From: Adineta vaga | Lineage: Eukaryota; Animalia; Rotifera | Reading direction: 5' to 3' | DNA length: 64,000 bases | Assembly (NCBI GenBank): GCA_021613535.1 | Contig: CP075497.1 | Coordinates: 9,734,001-9,798,000 of the forward strand | Shown here: positions 13,820 through 27,095 of the stretch, in pieces | Layout: the number at the start of each line of letters is the position of its first letter | How positions within the stretch are numbered: the stretch's first letter is position 1 | Position numbers and translations under genes: made by a program | The notes under the pieces: generated by a model | Databases searched by the model: none | The model's input: only the letters and a program-made list of their open reading frames with translations | What the model was told of the DNA's origin: nothing

Positions 13820-15448
13820 ATTTCCATTTCAAACTTAATAAAGATTTGGATACTAGAATTCATTGATTAAAATGTCAAATTACTTACTAGGAATGTCAAT
13901 TTCTATATCATAACATATCTGATCATGTTTTTCACATATTTTACACATCTCACTATTTGTCATAAGTCTATTTATTTCATCGTGTACTGGATCATCTGAT
14001 GCCCATATTGCTTGTTCATTGAAATTCAATGGACTGATATTAAACAATCGACATGGAATAGCAAAAGCTGGTTTTCGTTGAAATTCTTCTGGTAATGAAC
14101 GAAGATTATGTATTGAAGTATATTCATGATAGCCAATATCAATAAAAAATACACAAATTCGTGACCTTGTCGGATCTAAATCTTTAAAAAAACGAAAACA
14201 AGATGGTTTAAAAGAAGAAAAATTGAATGATTATTTTTCCCCGAACAAACCAGTGATGATAGCACGATGCCATATAGCATGATTATCCTGTGTAGCAACC
14301 ATGTGATATTTCACCGGTGATGACAGTATGCGAAGATTTCGCATAGCTTGTTGCAAATCAACTTGAAACTAATTGAATAGAGAAACAATCGAAGAAATAT
14401 TTTTTACATTGTATTATTATTATTTTCTATTTACAGTTGTATGTGCAATGAATTTTTCTTTTAAATAAACATAGAAATGACTTGGACTAATATAATAAAG
14501 TATTCGAATTTGATACAATTGATTTAAATCTAATTTTTCCATTGAAATAGCTAGAGAGAGAAAATGATAGGAAATAAAACATTGAATATTCTTCAACATA
14601 CATTTGTAAATAAGTTTATCATGGACTTGTATTGCTGATCGTTGAAGTTGGTAATGTTCTATTAAAGAAGTAAAATGTTTCTTATAACTCTGTATGTAAT
14701 TCAATTTAAACTTACCAAAATCTTTATTCAAAGATATTTTCGAATTCTTTTCAGTAATTTCCACTTCTAATATATCTCTTATTTCATTATAATTAACAAG
14801 TTTTGCAAAAAGAAATGTAGTAGTTAATCGTGAACGAAATTCATCGATGATATCTATTGGCCAACCATCCATTGGTTTTATTAAATTTACTAATGAACAA
14901 TGAAATGCCAAACGATGTAAGGCAAAAAATCGTTTCTAATAAAATACACCTATTCAAGAATAATCTATCTTCGATGGTTTATATTTACTTGTAATGGTCG
15001 AAGGAATTGAAGTGGAATACATTGAACATCACCATAATCTAATTTAAATACGCTAGCATGACCATTTGAATCGATTTGACGTATTAAACCACGATACCAA
15101 TCTTCACTTTCAGATGGACATGCACAATAATCACCGACATTTACTATTTCATTTTGTTGGAAAGGTTTTCTGAAAAAGAATAGATTGTTTCATGATTTCA
15201 ACAACAACAACAACGAAAAATATGAGAATGTACGTTAGTGAATCGGAATATTCGTTGTATAACTCTTGACCAAGTTTACCAAGTGGTTCTCGAAACGATT
15301 CGGAATGTAAATAAAAATCTAAGAAGAGATATTCAATAAAAATAAAATAAAATTTACACAAACCATTAAGATCATTAACATGTGCGACAAAAACTCGTTC
15401 AGTCGAACCAATATGATGATTCAATGTTGGAATTTCTAATTTTTCCAT
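13820..15448 (-). CDS. Two-Tudor-domain protein (3' end approximate)
   Basis: MEKLEIPTLNHHIGSTERVFVAHVND..., CACPSESEDWYRGLI..FKLDYGD, YYISPSHFYVYL, AIWHRAII..FFIDIGY..PAFAIPCRL. The last exon and stop are uncertain between 13820 and 13885. Confidence 0.8.
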
Positions 15449-16170
15449 GATTCTAAAAAATAGTTCAATATAATCAGTTATACGTATATATGATATAAGC
15501 AAACCAAACTGACCACGTGTGTGTGTGTGTTAGTTCGTAAAGTAGAACAGAAAAAAACAGTCAATAGATTAGGAGCGCCACAATCGAATTTTACATTCAC
15601 AGATCGATATCGACATCGACATAGTTTAAATTTGAAGATTGAAAAGTCTATTCATCGACACTTTCTGTATTGTAATATTGGTAAATATCATCATTGCAAC
15701 TGCAATTCCTTATTATATGTGTGTATGAGAATGTATATATGATTATGAATTTCTTGAAATCAAAAGAAGAACTTGTGCAACCGATTATCCTTTAGTTAAG
15801 TTGTAAACTCAATCACTGCTAGACGTGTGTTTTATAACGCATATTCAAAAAATACGGAGACAATCACGAATCATATCGTTTTAAATCTTCATTCACTTGC
15901 TTGTTTTATATTTCCTAAAGAAGACAAGTTTTATGCAAAAGAAAAGAACTAATAGAGATTCGCATAACGTGCGCAAAAATATCAAACTGAGCACAACATT
16001 TTTTGAACGAAACATGTTTAGAAGAGAACGAATGTCAAAAGAACAAAAAAAAGCGAAGGAAATCAATGAAATTCTAAAATGAGTAACTTGAAAATAAAAC
16101 AAAAGAAAAATCACCGGAATGAATGAATATTCGTAGTTGAAACTTCATGGTTTTTGTTCTTAACAATGGT

Positions 16171-18316
16171 TTACATTAAGCCAAACATCGATAATTGATT
16201 TGCATACATCATTGGACGAACAGCTGGATGAGGTACAGCTGTATAGGATGTAAATTTTGGTGTAACGTCATCACCAGTTATGGTTATATAAGCGCCTTTA
16301 TTTCCCATTGAATCACAATAATTTGGTGCTGAAAAAACAGTTATACATTTACCTAAAAGAAAGCGATATTAATGAATTGAATAAAATTTTAATATATCTT
16401 TACCATTGTGAGCTAATTCATACCCTTCTTGTTTAACTTCATGACTACGAACAACATATTCTAAATTGTTTACTTTCAAAAAATTTTCAGTAACATCAGG
16501 TCCAAATTGCAGACCTAATTTGTATATATATATATAGAGAGAGAGAGATAGATCATTCATATCATCAACGAATACAATGAGAAAACTTACCAACACCACG
16601 TTTACTTTCTGATCGACCGTTTTGTGGTTGTGGATCACTCCATAATAATTCTGACATTAAACCTTCTTCTGGTGGTTGTTTAACACGATTAATACCTCGT
16701 ATATCTTTTAATGTGACATCATCTTTACTAAATAGTCCTCCATGCATAACCTAAATTAAAAATGAATACTGAAAAAGTGACAGAAAGAAAGAAAGAAACG
16801 AACGAACGTACTAGAACTTTATTATTAATACAATGTGATAATGGTAAATAGTTAAAAACTTCAGTAAATAGTTGAAACATTTGAGCGGTATATTTAGCTT
16901 TGACTTCGCCTTCGAATCCATACATTTGATTCATTGTTAATGATTCATGATTACCTAAGAAAGAATAAAGTAACAAATCAATATGAATAGGAAACTATTC
17001 TTTACCTCGAGCCAGAAAGAAATGATTAGGATAAAGTAATTTAAAGCCAAATAAAGCAAGAATACATTCCATACTAAATGAACCACGATCAACAAAATCA
17101 CCATTAAATAACTAAATGTAGAGAGAAAAATAAATTACAAGTTTAATAGTAATATCACTTACGTATGGATTTTCTTCGGATGGTGGTCCATTTAATTTAA
17201 AAATATTCAATAAATCATAAAACTGACCATGAACATCTCCACAAATTGTAAATTTATGTTTCTAAACAAAGATATTCATTTTTTAAAATTAAATTCTCGT
17301 CTAACAAACATACCGACGGTACAGTAATATCAATTAATGCTGGTAATGTTTTGAGTAATGTTAAAACTTGTAGAATAATCTAAATATCATCGATAAAAAT
17401 CTTCTTTTTCAAAAGTAAATCATAGTTTTTCTCTTTACTTGATAGGCATATTTCTTATGAAGTTTCTTCTGATCTTCAAAGTATGGTAAAAGTTGAAACA
17501 TGAATTCTTTGGTAACACGACCATCAGTTTCTAAATGTGGACCATCATATTCTTTTTCTATAGCTAAAATATGTAATGATATTTAGTTTATCGATGTGAT
17601 TCGCCGAAGAAAAACACGTAACTTACTCATCGAATCGAGATCAATTTGATTGACAACTGATTTAGCTGATTCATCAACAGCAATCGCTTTTTCAAAACGA
17701 ATACGTGTTACAATTTTTTTACATTCTTCATATTTTAATGCTGCATCTTTATCATTTGGACATGCTTTTTTCACCTAAATTTATTATAATCCTATATTAA
17801 GAAGCGAAAGTTTCTCTTTACGATGAAATACTTACATATTCATAATCATTTAATGCTAAAGAATATTTTCCTAATGCCATATAAGCCGATGCACGTCGAT
17901 AGAATGCCTAAAAACATTTTAAAACATAGTCATTTGTTTCTACAATGAAGAATAAATTTACTTTGATATATTTAGAATCATATTCTAATGCTTTTTTTGC
18001 ATCAATCAACGCATAACCATACCATTCTCGACGTAGATAAGCAAAACTTCGATTGGAATATAAAATAGCATCAGGATGAAATTCAATTGCTTTGGAATAA
18101 AGTTCCGTCGCTTTTTCATAATCACCATCTATGAAAATTAGATATTATTCCGAAATAACAAAAAAAAATAGAAAGACTTTTACTTTTAAATGCTTCATTT
18201 GCTTGTCCTTTAACTAAATCAGCTGCATCCTTACCAACTGGTATCTCATGTTTAGCTGCTTCTAAACTACTTGTTTCTAGTTTTTTTGTTAAATCTGCTT
18301 CGATGTTTGTTGTCAT
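16171..18316 (-). CDS. PPP5C: Serine/threonine protein phosphatase 5 (TPR + PPP catalytic domain)
   Basis: TPR motifs ([19 protein letters not shown]), [44 protein letters not shown]-terminal [14 protein letters not shown]. Confidence 0.96.
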
Positions 18317-21037
18317 CTGAAAAACTTATCTTATCTATAACAACAAAACTTTCTCTATTATCCTAACTTTAGAAGAAAAAAACACTGAGAAGTATTGACT
18401 ATAGCCGAATCGTTATGAATGCATAGACCATATTCTTTAGAATTAATAAGATCAATAAAAAATGTAGTTTATCGTTATATTCATGATAAATATTTAAAGA
18501 AGAATATGTTCTTTCTTTGTGTGATCGATTTTGAAGGACAGAAATAATTTAATTTGATTATAAACACATTCTAACTTACGAGTTGCATGTTTAGATAACA
18601 CTAGACAGCAATGGGAGTATTGAGTTGAAAGAAAAGAAAATTACAATTTACTGATGGAATTTACTGAATAGATAGAAGAAAGGATAAATATTATAATAAT
18701 TAATAATTGCTATGCACAACATCTTATAAGATGAATCATATGCATAACTAGTTTTCTTACTTAATCATCACATAATCTTCACAATGTCATAATGTTTCAT
18801 TTCTATGAAAAAGTAAATAGTTCATTTCATTTATTTGTCTTTCATATTGAAACTTACTTACCTTGGAAAAATCAATGTCGACAATTGTTTTCTCTGTAGA
18901 AAACATTCATAGTCATTCGAATGGTAAAAAGAACAAATTCTCTATTTTATGACCGGACGAAGTACAAGGCATTTTTTTGTTTATTCTCTTTACATTTCGA
19001 TTGATCTATCATTGTAACTGAAAAGTACATCGATCGAATCGAAGATGAAAAAGAATCAATAGAAGAAGATTCTAACAAATAAGAAATTAATTTGATTATT
19101 AATTTTATTTGCTGAAAACAACAATCGAGATTTAGTCTGTAGACTAGCGACATCATTCCGACGTTATCTTTATGAGATTTCAATGGGAACGATCTCTAGA
19201 TCTTTTGGTTCCTTACAAAGATGAATTCTTAGAAAACAGTCAATATCTTTGATGTTAATATCAATCAGATTTCGTTCTCATATTTCTCTTTCTATAAAAT
19301 TCATTGCTGTTCATTTGTACATTATATCATCGATTCTATCGTAACATGTATATCTAATACCTAAAGTCAACTTCTCTTTTACAATAGAATTTCGTGAATA
19401 TCCGACATAGGTATATGAATGTTCATCAACATTGACTTGACACAAACAAAATCAGGCGTCATTATTTTCTAGTTTTAATCATTATTTCATCTCTCGTTTC
19501 AAATTACATGTTATATCAAATAAAAAAAGAAAGACTGCGGATCGATTTTCCAGAAAAGTAAATGCACATGTTAAATTTATTGGTCGATAACAAAAAAAAG
19601 AGAAAGAAATCATAGAGACAGATTTCTGTTGTTCACATGATCCAGCTAATCCTTTATTCTCGATTGATTGGTAAATGACAGCAGATCGAAGTAGAACAAT
19701 AGACTAGCTAACAGACTATAATGTGTCTCTTATTACCATAATGAAAGCACGAATCAATCAAATAGCAACACGTTCCCCGCCGTCATCATCATGATTGTTT
19801 ACTTCTAAATATACATATATACATATAGAATCGCCTGTCATCTGACTAATAGTTCATAGTGATTGTGCTCGTGGTGATGTTTGCTTACCGTTAATCGATA
19901 CCCCACCTTCTTACTAGTCTGTCTATCAATGGAGAGATTGATGATCATCAAAAATTTGAAAACACGTGTGTTCGATGAATATGTTATCAATAAAATTTCA
20001 ATCAAGATAGACATACTCTTCAAATGTTTCGATATACATAAGATGATTTTCTTTACTGATGATAATTTACCGCTCTTTACCTACTGTATATGTACTCACA
20101 CCCTTTTGAAAAGTATATCAAGAGAGAATGAGAACGAGAGAGAGAGAGAGAAAGAAGAAACAAACTTATGAATTGCAAGTTAAACGAGTAGTTTTCAAAC
20201 GAATGCGATATAAATACAATCTAAAGATACGATATAAAATTGATTAGAATTGTTCAAGATCACAAACTCTCACTTGAATTTTCAAGATTTCTTTCTTTTC
20301 TTTTTCCTAAAATATCTTTATATTATATATTAAGATCAATTTACGTATCTATTGATTCAAAGTCTAATAGAAAAATGAAAAAAGATCTTAATAAAAAATA
20401 TTTATTTTTATTTCAATAGACACGAAAATCTATCGAAAGCATTTTTTTCAATTAGAAGAAAAAATTGACATATTCTCTCGAAATTTGTTTTAATAACAAC
20501 ATATCCTCTATAGATCTCTTGTCATTTCGCACATACTTCGCTCGTTCGTTCGTCCTTCTCTGTCATATAAATGATGATGACATCCAATCAAAAAATTTTC
20601 TCTTCTCTCCCTCTCTCTTTTCTATTCATTCAATCAAATTCAAGCTTGAACTCATAAGTATCAATGTCCTCTCACAAATATATGTATATACGTTTCTCTT
20701 CTTCTCATCATCACCTTTCTCTATTACGAAGCAAATAAAATATTTTATTCTCCCTGTCTCTCTCCCTCTCTCTCTTTCCCTTCACGTTGCAAATACGACG
20801 ACATTAGTGTGAGTAAATCGAGAACAAACATCTCTCTATTATATATCGATACACACAAGCGCTTTCTCGTACTCGTATTGGCCTATTCATTTGTTGCACA
20901 CATACACCTTTCCGACAACAACGACGATAACTCTCCTACGACATATTATCTTAACTCAACTTTTTTTCTGTTACTGTCTATTTTCATTATTATATATTAT
21001 ATATCTTAGAAGTACGTGAATAAGATAAGACAGGACA

Positions 21038-22544
21038 ATGAATTGCTCTGTGTATACACCATCTTTTTTACCCTATCGAAATTCTCATCCTCATCCATTA
21101 TCATCATTTCGTATTGATGATATTTTAAAAACACCAACATCAATGTCACCAACATTGCTTGATCCAACAACACTTTGGTCATCATTCGCTGCTCAACTTT
21201 TGGCTTATTCACCTGAACTTTTATCAGTTGCGACAACAACAACAACAAATTCATCATCATCGTCATCAAATGATGTTTCACCACCCATGCCTAATTTAAT
21301 TTCACCACAAAAACATCTTCATCATCGACATCAATATCATCCATATCTTTCAGTATCTCGACATTCTCCAACGACAAAACTTCAACATGATCCTACTTCA
21401 ATTTTAACAACATCAACAAATAAAAATAATTATCAACATACACTTTCACCATTATCAATTAAAGACAAAATACAACATCAACAGATCGACCGGAAAGGTA
21501 TGTTCAAATAGAGATAACTAAACGGAAATGAACACATATGTTCAGGTAGAACTTTAATCTGTTTCATCAACAAAATTCTCAAGGTTATTCGAAGAGAATT
21601 ATTTCACTATCTTTTTTCGACATATATATCATTGATAAAAATACAATTATGATGCTCTTGAACTTGCCATTCAACTCTTCATTTCGTTGTATGTTATTGT
21701 TCTATGAGAGTGATAAAAAGTAATATAACAACTAATGATCTATCAACAACTTTACTGATATATGTACATCTTTCCAAAAATCAAACACTTTTTGACGAGA
21801 AAAATCAATAATATATATATATGTATATGAGCTGATCATCATAGTCATGTGAAGGAAAACGATAATCCATTGAAGAAGTGATAGTAGTGTTAAGTGCTCA
21901 TCGACTTAATTCGTGTTAAAAGATAAATAAGAAAGTTGATTTTATATTTCTCCTTTTTTTTCTGTCAATAAAGATTGTCTATCATCACATCATTCAGTAC
22001 CACCACCGACAAGTGCTGCTGCCGCTGCAGCAGCAGCAGCTGCATATTGGCCATATTTATATACACGTTGTAATCCAACAGCAACAGCAAATGTTTCACG
22101 TCGTAAAGGTGGTCAGATAAGATTTTCAGCCGAACAAAGTTTACAATTGGAAAAGAAATTTGAAATAAGTCAATATTTATCACCTGTTGAACGTAAACAA
22201 ATTGCAAAAACACTTCAATTAAGTGAAAGACAAGTAAGATTTTCTTCTTTATTAATATATTTATTTGCAAATTTTGCATTTATTCCTTAGATTAAAACAT
22301 GGTTTCAAAATCGACGTGCAAAACATCGTCGATCTGCTGCGACTGTTAACAAAAAGGTAAGAAAAATTTGATAAAAAAAAAGAGACAAACAACATGACAT
22401 AACACTTCCTATCTGGGTTTGTTTCTTAAGGATATGGATAAATCATGTTCGTCACCACAACAAAGCGATGATGAAGATGATGATGATATTGATGTTGAAG
22501 ATACTGTCGATGAAGAACATGCAACATCATCGAATTCAAACTAA
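21038..22544 (+). CDS. HHEX: Hhex/PRH homeobox transcription factor, 4 exons
   Basis: eh1 motif SFRIDDIL, a 10-Ala run, homeodomain [56 protein letters not shown] (KGGQxRF is Hex-typical), acidic tail. Confidence 0.9.
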
Positions 22545-23779
22545 TCTTTTGTTCTCTATTTTTGCTTTCCGACCTACATGGGACTTCAATGTTTTCTTTA
22601 CTTTTGTTCGTTTTTTTTCTTCTTTGAAATACATATATATATATAAACAGATAAAAATGCATTTTTCTTCAAAAAATCTCATCAAGAGAAAGTCAATTCT
22701 TTTCAACCAATCATTGAATATATATATGATCGTCGAATAATTCTATGTCAATAACTTAATGTGATAAATTAACATCATCTCTCTTTTTTTACACATAGAT
22801 TCTTCAATCGACACTTACATTTATTTTATGTAATCTTTTGTTATGAGTAGCGCGAATGTTAGATAGGGTGTAAAGCGTGAGTACGCATTTCATTCTTAAA
22901 TAAACATGCAAGATAGAAGGTTACTATTTACAAACGTATTTTTTACGTATTTGAGACTGTAACAAAACAGAAAGAATGCAAAGAAAAAACCAAGTATTTG
23001 CTCTATGAAATGACATAGTTTTGGTCAAATTTTAATTATATGATAATATTGTTCTGTATGATTCTGGTTGAAGGAGGTAACTAACTAATTTTGAAATGAG
23101 GATGAACTATACTCAAAGGTTATGTGAAATAAGTAGGAGGCGCTTAAGATAATATCTTCTTACTCGATATTAAAGATTATTTAATTCATTTGTTAAACAC
23201 ATGATAACATGTCAGTTATTCTATTGGTTAAAGAGATTCATGTTTAACTAAGAAACAAAGAAGTATGATAGTATTGAATGTTAGAAAGAGCCTTCAAAAA
23301 ATGAAATGATTAGAAAGTCAATAGCGACTCAAGGTATGTCTCATCTTCATCCAATTCGAAAATTTGTTTTTATTATCACTTCATGTATTGCTTACAATTA
23401 ATAATGTCTGTAATTCAGATGATTTATTGAATGCAGTAAGTGTTTTTATGGTTCTCATGTTTTTGTGAACTATTAAAGAAGATCACGTGTCGATTATCAT
23501 TTATTTAGATTGGAGTAGAAATCAAAAACTTGACTCATTTGGAAAATAGTTCGAGTACGAAATTATTTTTAGAAAGAATTTTATCAAATCGAGAAGAAAG
23601 AAATCAAGTTATTTTAATCAAATAACAAAAGTAGATATTTTACAAAATTTAAAAAATTCGTTCACTGCCAAGCTGTGAAAATGTAAACATAGAAGAATAG
23701 TATTAATGATATAAAAGTAAAATAAAAAAAAAAGTATTTCATTTGTTGAAGAACGGTATACACAGAATAAAATAAGATT

Positions 23780-26752
23780 TTATGCGACAGTCAATGTTCC
23801 TTTTTGAGCACGATTACTAAAATTATTATTTCTTGTACACATCATATGATAAGTGCCAGGATTAACTTGAAGAAGTGCACCTTAAATAAAATGAGCATGT
23901 TACGCAAAAACAAATATTTCGATAAAAAGATATTACCATCAAATGATGCTGGAGCATTATCAAGTTGATTATTCAATAGAGTAGTTTGTGTTTGTAATGA
24001 ATATGGACTATTAACTCCTGTACAATCAGCAGCACGTTGACAACTAAATTAATCATATAGGATTAGTTTGAAAGTTTGAAGAACATTGAATAAACAAACC
24101 GATAGTAACCAGATGATGCAAAATACAGAGCAAGATCATCTTTTGGAATATTTTCATTGGATTTTTCCATTGGACTCCATCGAACTTTAACATTTCGCCA
24201 AAATGTTGTTTGTTCATAGGGATATGGATAATTTTCATCTCGATCTCGAATTTGAACGAGATTTGATCGATCGGTACCTATATAAAACAAAAGAGACATA
24301 TATTAGTTTTGTGTTTTATTCCATATTACATACCCGTAGCTCCTTTTCCATCATCACCTGTTTGTCCATCTGAATTACCTTCATTCTTATGTGTATTTGA
24401 ACCTAGATGAAATACGTTTGAATTTAATACAGAGAAATGAATTCTTTTTATTTTGTTTAGTTTTACCTGTCCATTGAATATGAACAAGATCATTGCTTTT
24501 TATTTGAAGATTTCTTGGTGTAAAATCATATTCAACAGCTGGATAAGTTTGAACAATATTTCCACGTTTCCCTAACATATTCCAATTATAAATATTTTCA
24601 TTATCATTAACACCATCTAGAAGAAAAAACAGAATACATTTATTTCGCAAAAACGCATTAACTCAATTAAAAATTTTACTTGGTCTTGGTAGGATTTCAA
24701 AAAGATGTGTTCGATCTTGAAATGTTCTACCAGCTTGATTAGTGTTTAAATTAATCTGTAAAGTAATATTTTCATCAACAGTTACTTTAGGATTGTCTGC
24801 TATTGGTGATTTTGCTCTAAATACGTTAAAAAAATCACTCTTAAATCAATTAAATAGGACATAGTAAGAATTATAATTTACCCATTACTAGCTGCATCAG
24901 TATTGTACAGATCATAATCAAATGTTGATATATTATATCGAATTCGTGCAACACATCGTTTGACTTTCTTCGATGGAAAATTTGGAAGAATCCAATCATA
25001 TGAAAGTGGTTCAGCATTAGAATTTAATCCAAGATAATTTGATCGTGACCATGCTGCTTGAAGACATGCTGGTCCTTGTTGTGGATGAAGAACAAGACAT
25101 TCTTCTTCGACATTTATTGTATCATGTGGAACTATAAAAGTAAACTAATGATCTCTTTTTCTTTCTAATCAAAACATAAACGATACGTACGTGCCCATTT
25201 ATATCGATATTGTGAAGATGAAGCACTTTCACATTCTGTTTTTGTTTTATAATCTAAGAAAAACAAAACAAATCATTGAAGTTTTCTTTCTCAATGAGTA
25301 TGGTATTTTTACTTGTTGCTTTTTCTAAATAGGAATAGACTAATAACCATTTACCGCCATTAGCAGTACAATTTGCTTCATTGTTATATTTGGTCGATGT
25401 TCGAACAGCATTCTTTGTTTCAATACATTCATAACGTGGTTTAACATTGAAACTTTCTGTTTGATAATAACTAGAGAACAAAAAATAAATACATTTTATC
25501 TTCCATAGAAAACATCATTTTTAATCATCTCACTTGCACATGCTCACATTACTGGTAAGAATAGCTATATCATTCCAAGGACTGATATATGGCCAATAAT
25601 CACGTTCTTCTGGACATTCATATCCATATTTAGTACCAGCATTATTTTGTCGTGTATAAATGGCTGAATTTCCATTTAGCTTTCGATTTGCAATGAAAAG
25701 ACCTAAGAAAAAAAGATGATCAATTTTGAAAAGGAAATTGACTAAGAATACCTTTATTTCGTTCACGATTATAACATCGATCATAATAATTCCAAGATTC
25801 ATGAAGTCGTCGATCAGTATTAACATCAGCTAATTTACCCGCTTGATCAGAAGTTGGTTTTGGTGTATATGTCTGAGGTGTTGTTACTACTCCATTACGA
25901 AATTTATCTAGAAGAAAAAATGGGTGTTTTTTAAAAAGATTATCTTGTTCTTTTTCCTAAAAAAAATCCTTACCAAGATTAGTATCGTCCATATCACCTT
26001 CTTGACACATATATTGAAGAAGTATATCGCATGTTTGTTTGGTTGGATTAGTTTCTTCATTACCACCACAACCATGTTGATTTGTCCAAATAAAACGTAA
26101 ATAAGTTTTACCAGTTTGTCCACTTTGAAAGAATTTCTATATTAAAAGAAAACTTTCAATGATACTGGTCTATCTATGTACTTATTGAATTAGTAAATTT
26201 TCAATGGACAAACAAAACCTGATTTCTAGTTTCTTATCTAGAGTCATGATCTATGATATTTTAAATTCTTCGACACATGCGTAGACGTTATCTTTCGCTC
26301 CTTGTGTATCTTCATTGATGAATCATCACATTTATTGAAAATGTTTCTTTTTACTTGTTTATATCAGAGGTACTTTGATGGCTTTTAGCAAAAGATGAGT
26401 CAATCAAGATACGATGATTATTCATGAAGTTAATATTAGTACAGATAACTGATATTATAACGTACATTGAATAGTCATACATATGAACAATGTTCAGTTT
26501 TACTTCACTTTGTATTTATCTTACCAGATAGTATTGTAATAAAGCATTGGTGCCATATGGATTTTTAGTCGCATCAGGAACATTGTAACCACCTTTTTCA
26601 TTATTTTGAGAATTAAATGCATTTATTTCACTGGTACGATCTGCCGTATTTTCATTGACACGGTTGTTTGAACCCGGTGGAAAGTGTAAATAAACATCGG
26701 CATTTATTAATGTAAAAATTGTTATTAATCCAAAATAGAAACAAGTCTTCAT
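23780..26752 (-). CDS. DD3-3-like secreted protein, multi-exon
   Basis: Signal peptide then [74 protein letters not shown], recognised as DD3-3 family motifs. Confidence 0.85.
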
Positions 26753-27095
26753 TATTGTTTTTCACGAGAAAGTTGTTAGATGGTCATCGAATCGAATAAC
26801 TGTTTGCTTCGTTTATATCATTCTCTCGTTCTTATATTTGACAAATTGATGATTCATCAACGAAAATTTTATTGGTTAAAAAAAATTCCATTGTTGTCAA
26901 TATAACTGATGTCGCTTTAATCAACATTGCTTATGAAAAGGCCATGTGATAAGCCAATATTTTCAAGGAAGCTATAGTGCAGTAGTTGTAGGCGTGTTAC
27001 ATTACGTGTTCTCTGTGTGGTGCTTATTTCGATCGGGAAAAAGAGAAAGAATAATTACTACGAGAATTTTTTGATTATTCTTCTTGATAAATTCA

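Noticed and set aside
4193-18316. Second operon from the four minus-strand genes PP5, Tudor, Tudor, 14-3-3
   Set aside because: Spacers are about 0.7-2 kb, large enough for separate promoters and UTRs.
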